Shown here: positions 60,130 through 64,000 of the stretch, in pieces | Layout of the letters: every line of letters starts with the position of its first letter | Numbering within the stretch: position 1 is the first letter of the stretch | Assembly: GCA_964558935.1 (NCBI GenBank) | Contig: CAZLFP010000005.1 | Coordinates: 20,667 to 84,666 of the forward strand | Source of the DNA: an uncultured Gammaproteobacteria bacterium | GTDB lineage: Bacteria; Patescibacteriota; Patescibacteriia; 2-01-FULL-39-33 | DNA length: 64,000 bases | Reading direction: 5' to 3' | Notes under the pieces: model-generated | Database searches by the model: none | The model's input: only the letters and a program-made list of their open reading frames with translations | Told to the model about the DNA's origin: nothing | Program-made: the position numbers and the translations under genes

Positions 60130-60531
60130 ATGAAATTACTTGGCATAGATTACGGACAAAGTAAGATTGGCTTGGCCTTGGCAGATACGGACAGTCGTAC
60201 TGCCACTCCTTTACTGATAATGAAAAATCGTCGCCATGATTCAATCCAACAAGCAATCAAAGATCTCTGCATTAAAGAAAAAATAGATAAGTTGGTGATT
60301 GGACTACCTGTCAATCCGCAAGCCAAATCCAATCAGGCCATTGACCAGATAAGACAATGGGGGACAGAGCTATCTGCAATCTTAAAATTGCCCGTGGATT
60401 ACCAGGATGAAAGGTTTTCCACCCTGCAAGCTCAGAGAATCAGCCACAATCATTACAAGCATATTTCATCTCAGGATGACGATATTGCTGCCATGTTAAT
60501 TCTGCAAAATTATCTAGATAAGACTGTTTAA
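60130..60531 (+). CDS. ruvX: YqgF/RuvX family pre-16S rRNA nuclease
   Basis: LGIDYG..KIGLA, VIGLP, DERFST, D..AA..ILQ.YL. Confidence 0.9.
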   Translation: MKLLGIDYGQSKIGLALADTDSRTATPLLIMKNRRHDSIQQAIKDLCIKEKIDKLVIGLPVNPQAKSNQAIDQIRQWGTELSAILKLPVDYQDERFSTLQAQRISHNHYKHISSQDDDIAAMLILQNYLDKTV

Positions 60532-60532
60532 T

Positions 60533-61096
60533 ATGGCTACTTTGTTAACTCAGGCAGTGGTTTTAAATAAGCAGCCTTACCAGGAAGCAGATAGCCAGCT
60601 TATTCTCTACACTTTAGATCAAGGCAAGATCGCTGTCGTGGCCAAGGGTGCTTTAAAAATCAAATCCAAATTAAATGCTCATTTGGAGTTTTTTTTAATC
60701 AGCCAAATTATGCTGGCGCCAGCTAAGTCCGGTTACCGGTTAGCTGGAGCTCAAATTCAAGAAAATTACTCTAAAATTAGCCAAAATATTACTAAAACGA
60801 TATTAGCCTGTTATTATCTGGAGTGTTTGCAGAAGCTGGTCAGATTTAACTTTCCAGATGCTCAGCTTCTGCTTTTAGTCCGTCTCTTTTTCAAAGAGTT
60901 GCAGGACAGTCCCAACAAGTCAGCCAGTTTAATTGTGCTAAATAAACATCTTTTTGACCTACTTAGTCATTTAGGCTATTGCCCCTTGTTAAAAGCTCAG
61001 ACTCAGCTTAAACTGGCTCAGGAACTGCACGCGGTCGTTTCAATGGTTGGTGAGCAAAAGATCAACAGCGCAAATTTATTATTTCAATTGTATTAA
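60533..61096 (+). CDS. recO: DNA repair protein RecO (short)
   Basis: AVVL...YQEAD..L.LYT..GKI..VAKG..K.KSK. Confidence 0.85.
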   Translation: MATLLTQAVVLNKQPYQEADSQLILYTLDQGKIAVVAKGALKIKSKLNAHLEFFLISQIMLAPAKSGYRLAGAQIQENYSKISQNITKTILACYYLECLQKLVRFNFPDAQLLLLVRLFFKELQDSPNKSASLIVLNKHLFDLLSHLGYCPLLKAQTQLKLAQELHAVVSMVGEQKINSANLLFQLY

Positions 61097-61183
61097 TTGA
61101 ACTAACTTAAATATTTAGGTATAATATGGATAAGAAACACGTTAAATATCAGACTATTCAATCTAAAAATAATTATTAGATCT

Positions 61184-61882
61184 ATGCTTGAAAAGCAGGA
61201 GGGTCAAACACCTCAAAAAAGTTCAAACTGCATTAACGTCGCCAACTTAATCATGATGATGGTGGGTGTTTTAGTCACCGGTTTATTGGTTGGTTATATT
61301 GTCTATTCGGTACAACAGCCGATCATTGATTCCTTGGATGAACAGGTCAATGATCTTAGGTATCAAATGAATGTCATCCAAGCTAAGATTAGCGGACGCC
61401 TAAATGAGACCATGTCAGCTGATGCGACCAATCACAAGACTAGTCACATTTTTGACTTGAATTCCATCCAAGTAGGTGACAAGTATGCAGACATGACGGT
61501 TGTAGCGATCGGTAAGTTTTCGGATAATCCCAACCTACCACCAGAACAACCAAATGTTAAAATTAATTTCTCCGGACCAACTCAATTAGACATGGTGTAT
61601 GATTATATCCAAACCAGCATGTTTAGCGGTAGTGATATGTTATGCTTTAAACCCATGGGACAAGAGTCCATAGAGAAATTACCCATCGCCAAGGAAGATC
61701 AGGTTAATGCTGGTTTTTGTCTGATTAGTGGTAGTGATGAGATGGCAGCTGCCAAAATTATGCTTGGCTTGGGAGATAAGGATGAGTCTGGTGCTGCGAC
61801 TCTGATTATCGATAACTATGAATATGTGAGCTTTCCAAGTGAAGTTTTCAATACTGCTAGAATCATTAGTTTAGTTGAATAA
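61184..61882 (+). CDS. Hypothetical single-pass membrane protein
   Basis: N-terminal TM followed by coiled coil and extracellular domain. Confidence 0.65.
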   Translation: MLEKQEGQTPQKSSNCINVANLIMMMVGVLVTGLLVGYIVYSVQQPIIDSLDEQVNDLRYQMNVIQAKISGRLNETMSADATNHKTSHIFDLNSIQVGDKYADMTVVAIGKFSDNPNLPPEQPNVKINFSGPTQLDMVYDYIQTSMFSGSDMLCFKPMGQESIEKLPIAKEDQVNAGFCLISGSDEMAAAKIMLGLGDKDESGAATLIIDNYEYVSFPSEVFNTARIISLVE

Positions 61883-61883
61883 T

Positions 61884-62555
61884 ATGCAATTAACTTTAGA
61901 ACGGGTTAAAAACAACTCCAAGATTCAAGGTTTTATTAAACAAACCGAGCATTATTTGGATGCTCTGGGCTTTACAGATCATGGTCCCAGGCATGTAGGT
62001 ATTGTATCTGATCGGGCCAAAGCTTTGGGAGAAGCGGTTGGTTTAAGTAAAAAAGAACAAGAATTGGCCGCTATAGCCGGTTATTGTCATGACATGGGTA
62101 ATTTTCTGGGCAGAACCAACCATCATTACTGGGCAGCCATGCTTTTTTCCCAGGTTTTTTTATGCGAAGCGGTTGACTCCAAAGATGTGTCGACAGTCAT
62201 GCAAGCTATTGTGACTCATGATAAGAACACTTTAAAGATCGTCAACAAGGTTTCGGCTGTCTTAATTTTGGCAGATAAGTCAGACGTGCATCGTGACCGG
62301 GTGAAAGATAAAACCAAGGCTAATTTAGAAACAGACATTCATGACCGAGTTAACTATTCAGTGGTTAATAATAAATTTACCGTTGATAAAAAGAATAAGA
62401 AGGTGGTTTTGAAATTAAAGATCGATCCCAAGGTGACTGATCCTCTGGAATATTTTGAAATTTTTATTGAACGTATGACTTTTTGTCGCCAAGCTGCCGA
62501 TTATCTGGGTTACAAGTTTGTTTTAATCGTCAATAATTTTAAATTATCCAGTTAA
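61884..62555 (+). CDS. HD-domain phosphohydrolase
   Basis: TDHGPRH, AGYCHDMGN, ILADKSDVH; ATG 61884. Confidence 0.85.
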   Translation: MQLTLERVKNNSKIQGFIKQTEHYLDALGFTDHGPRHVGIVSDRAKALGEAVGLSKKEQELAAIAGYCHDMGNFLGRTNHHYWAAMLFSQVFLCEAVDSKDVSTVMQAIVTHDKNTLKIVNKVSAVLILADKSDVHRDRVKDKTKANLETDIHDRVNYSVVNNKFTVDKKNKKVVLKLKIDPKVTDPLEYFEIFIERMTFCRQAADYLGYKFVLIVNNFKLSS

Positions 62556-62570
62556 TCTGACAAGCAACTT

Positions 62571-62879
62571 ATGCGCCTGTCTCAACTGCAAAAATATATT
62601 TTGTTAAGAGGTTTGGAGCATCGTCAAGCCACTGTGGACAAGGAACAGTTGCTTAAGTATTATCTGCATCATCGACCTGAGCCCAAGCCGGCAGATCAAG
62701 TTAAGATCATTACCAAGAGTGTAGAACGCTTAATAGATAAAGGATTGGTTAAATCCACAGGCATTAAAACTAAAGACAAATGGTATATTAAACAGGTGAT
62801 TTTAACTCGACTCGGCAAACAGGAGGCTAAAAAGTTACTCGGACAACAAGCATTATTACCCTTTAAACATAAACTGTAA
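62571..62879 (+). CDS. Basic hypothetical protein, possibly winged-helix
   Basis: LS.LQK.IL..ITKSVERL.DKGLV..V.LT..G pattern. Confidence 0.6.
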   Translation: MRLSQLQKYILLRGLEHRQATVDKEQLLKYYLHHRPEPKPADQVKIITKSVERLIDKGLVKSTGIKTKDKWYIKQVILTRLGKQEAKKLLGQQALLPFKHKL

Positions 62880-62886
62880 GATTAAT

Positions 62887-63813
62887 ATGTCAGACAAACC
62901 TTATCAAGGCCAAGGGGCCTTAGACGCTTTCTTAAATATTCTAAAGTTGATTACTTTAATTTGGTTATGGTCCGCAGTTGGTAGTGTACTTTTTGCGATT
63001 ATCGACAAATACGTCGCCAGTGAAAAAATGTCTTCAGATATTGGTATGCAGCTGGCCATACCCGTAGCTTCAATTTTAATTGTCACCCCTGTTTTTTTAG
63101 GAGTGAGCTACGCTCTGCATCAGAATTATCGCAACAAAAAATTGAACACCGAAAGCGGTATTTACCGCTGGCTAACCTATTTATTGCTTTTGGTATCCGC
63201 CTTGTTCATTATTGGTTCTTTGATCGGTATCGTGAGTAATTATTTGACCGGTGCCTATACCTTGGCGTCATTTTTAAAGATCACCATCATGTTGTCAATT
63301 GCAGCCGGTATTTTTGCCTACTATTGGTATGATTTAAAAAGAACAGATTATAGCGATGGCAGTAAGGTTTCGGTGATGGCAGCCGGTATAGTGATTACCG
63401 TTTCGGTCCTAACTTTAATTGGTGGTTTGCTGGTTGTCGGCTCTCCCAAAAATGCCAAGCTGGAGAGATTGGATAATCAAAGAGTCTGGGATTTGCTTCA
63501 AATGCATGAGCATGTCATAAATTATTATGCAGACAATAATCGTTTGCCGGACAACGTAGAAGAACTGGCTGTACCCGATTTAGTTGACCCTACCACCAAG
63601 CAACCCTATGAGTATCATCGGTTGGGAGAGGATGATTTCCAACTCTGCGCCAATTTTGAAAGACCGGCACCTGAAAATATTCGTCATCAGTATGTGAATT
63701 TTCCGTATCCCTGGTTCAAACATGAAGCCGGCAGGCAATGTTATGATTTAAACAAGATTAAAAAAACGGAAAAAACCATGATACCTTTGGATTCAGACTA
63801 TATACGAGATTAA
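62887..63813 (+). CDS. Multi-pass membrane protein (DUF5671-like) with pseudopilin-like C-terminal domain
   Basis: About 5 TM; RWLTYL.L; D.QR..DL..I..YY...LP..DP.T..PYEY..FQLCA.F. Confidence 0.7.
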   Translation: MSDKPYQGQGALDAFLNILKLITLIWLWSAVGSVLFAIIDKYVASEKMSSDIGMQLAIPVASILIVTPVFLGVSYALHQNYRNKKLNTESGIYRWLTYLLLLVSALFIIGSLIGIVSNYLTGAYTLASFLKITIMLSIAAGIFAYYWYDLKRTDYSDGSKVSVMAAGIVITVSVLTLIGGLLVVGSPKNAKLERLDNQRVWDLLQMHEHVINYYADNNRLPDNVEELAVPDLVDPTTKQPYEYHRLGEDDFQLCANFERPAPENIRHQYVNFPYPWFKHEAGRQCYDLNKIKKTEKTMIPLDSDYIRD

Positions 63814-63827
63814 ACTAATCGAATAAT

Positions 63828-64000
63828 ATGTCCATACCTCAAAAAGTAAAAAAATACCTGGATAAACAGGAAGTAGATTACCAGGAATTGGCTCACAAGA
63901 CAGTCTATACTACCTTTGATGCCGCTCAGACTTTAAAAAAAGAACTCAAGCAAATTGCCAAGAATTTGTTGGTTCAAGCAGATAAAACCTTTGCTTTAGT
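63828..64000 (+). CDS. YbaK/EbsC aminoacyl-tRNA deacylase family, N-terminal part (runs off window)
   Basis: MSIPQKVKKYLDKQEVDYQELAHKTVYTTFDAAQTL..QIAKNLLVQAD. Confidence 0.75.
   Translation, partial: MSIPQKVKKYLDKQEVDYQELAHKTVYTTFDAAQTLKKELKQIAKNLLVQADKTFAL

Overview
Chromosomal window from a Patescibacteria (CPR) bacterium, probably Parcubacteria/ABY1-like. This is inferred from giant VirB2-like pilin fusion proteins, no rpmD between rpsE and rplO, split ComEC and mostly SD-less A/T-rich start contexts. In order it holds hppA (partial), tig, galE-nfo-phosphoesterase-DUF167, a ~590 bp gene-free gap, a GNAT gene and a minus-strand LCP/Hsp20/VanW cluster. Next come lepB-hisS-rpsU-yqeY, a ~13.7 kb cassette of four surface proteins, ybeY, ftsA-orf-ftsZ, a class III ribonucleotide reductase locus, frameshifted prfB, comEC, ndk, rpmB, the str/S10/spc superoperon through secY-adk-map, and ruvX-recO plus hypotheticals. 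I saw no tRNA, rRNA, CRISPR array or transposase. The best novelty candidate is an unannotated ~390-nt, independently transcribed, highly structured RNA at ~7051-7438. It contains two covarying hairpins that display the same 10-nt bulge (CGACAAGCAU). Other leads are an NrdD whose glycyl-radical domain is a separate 51-aa gene, pilin-anchored giant Cys-rich adhesins, a strong SD on rpsU, and a terminator/antiterminator element between rpsJ and rplC. Family assignments come from motif recognition by eye, not database searches.
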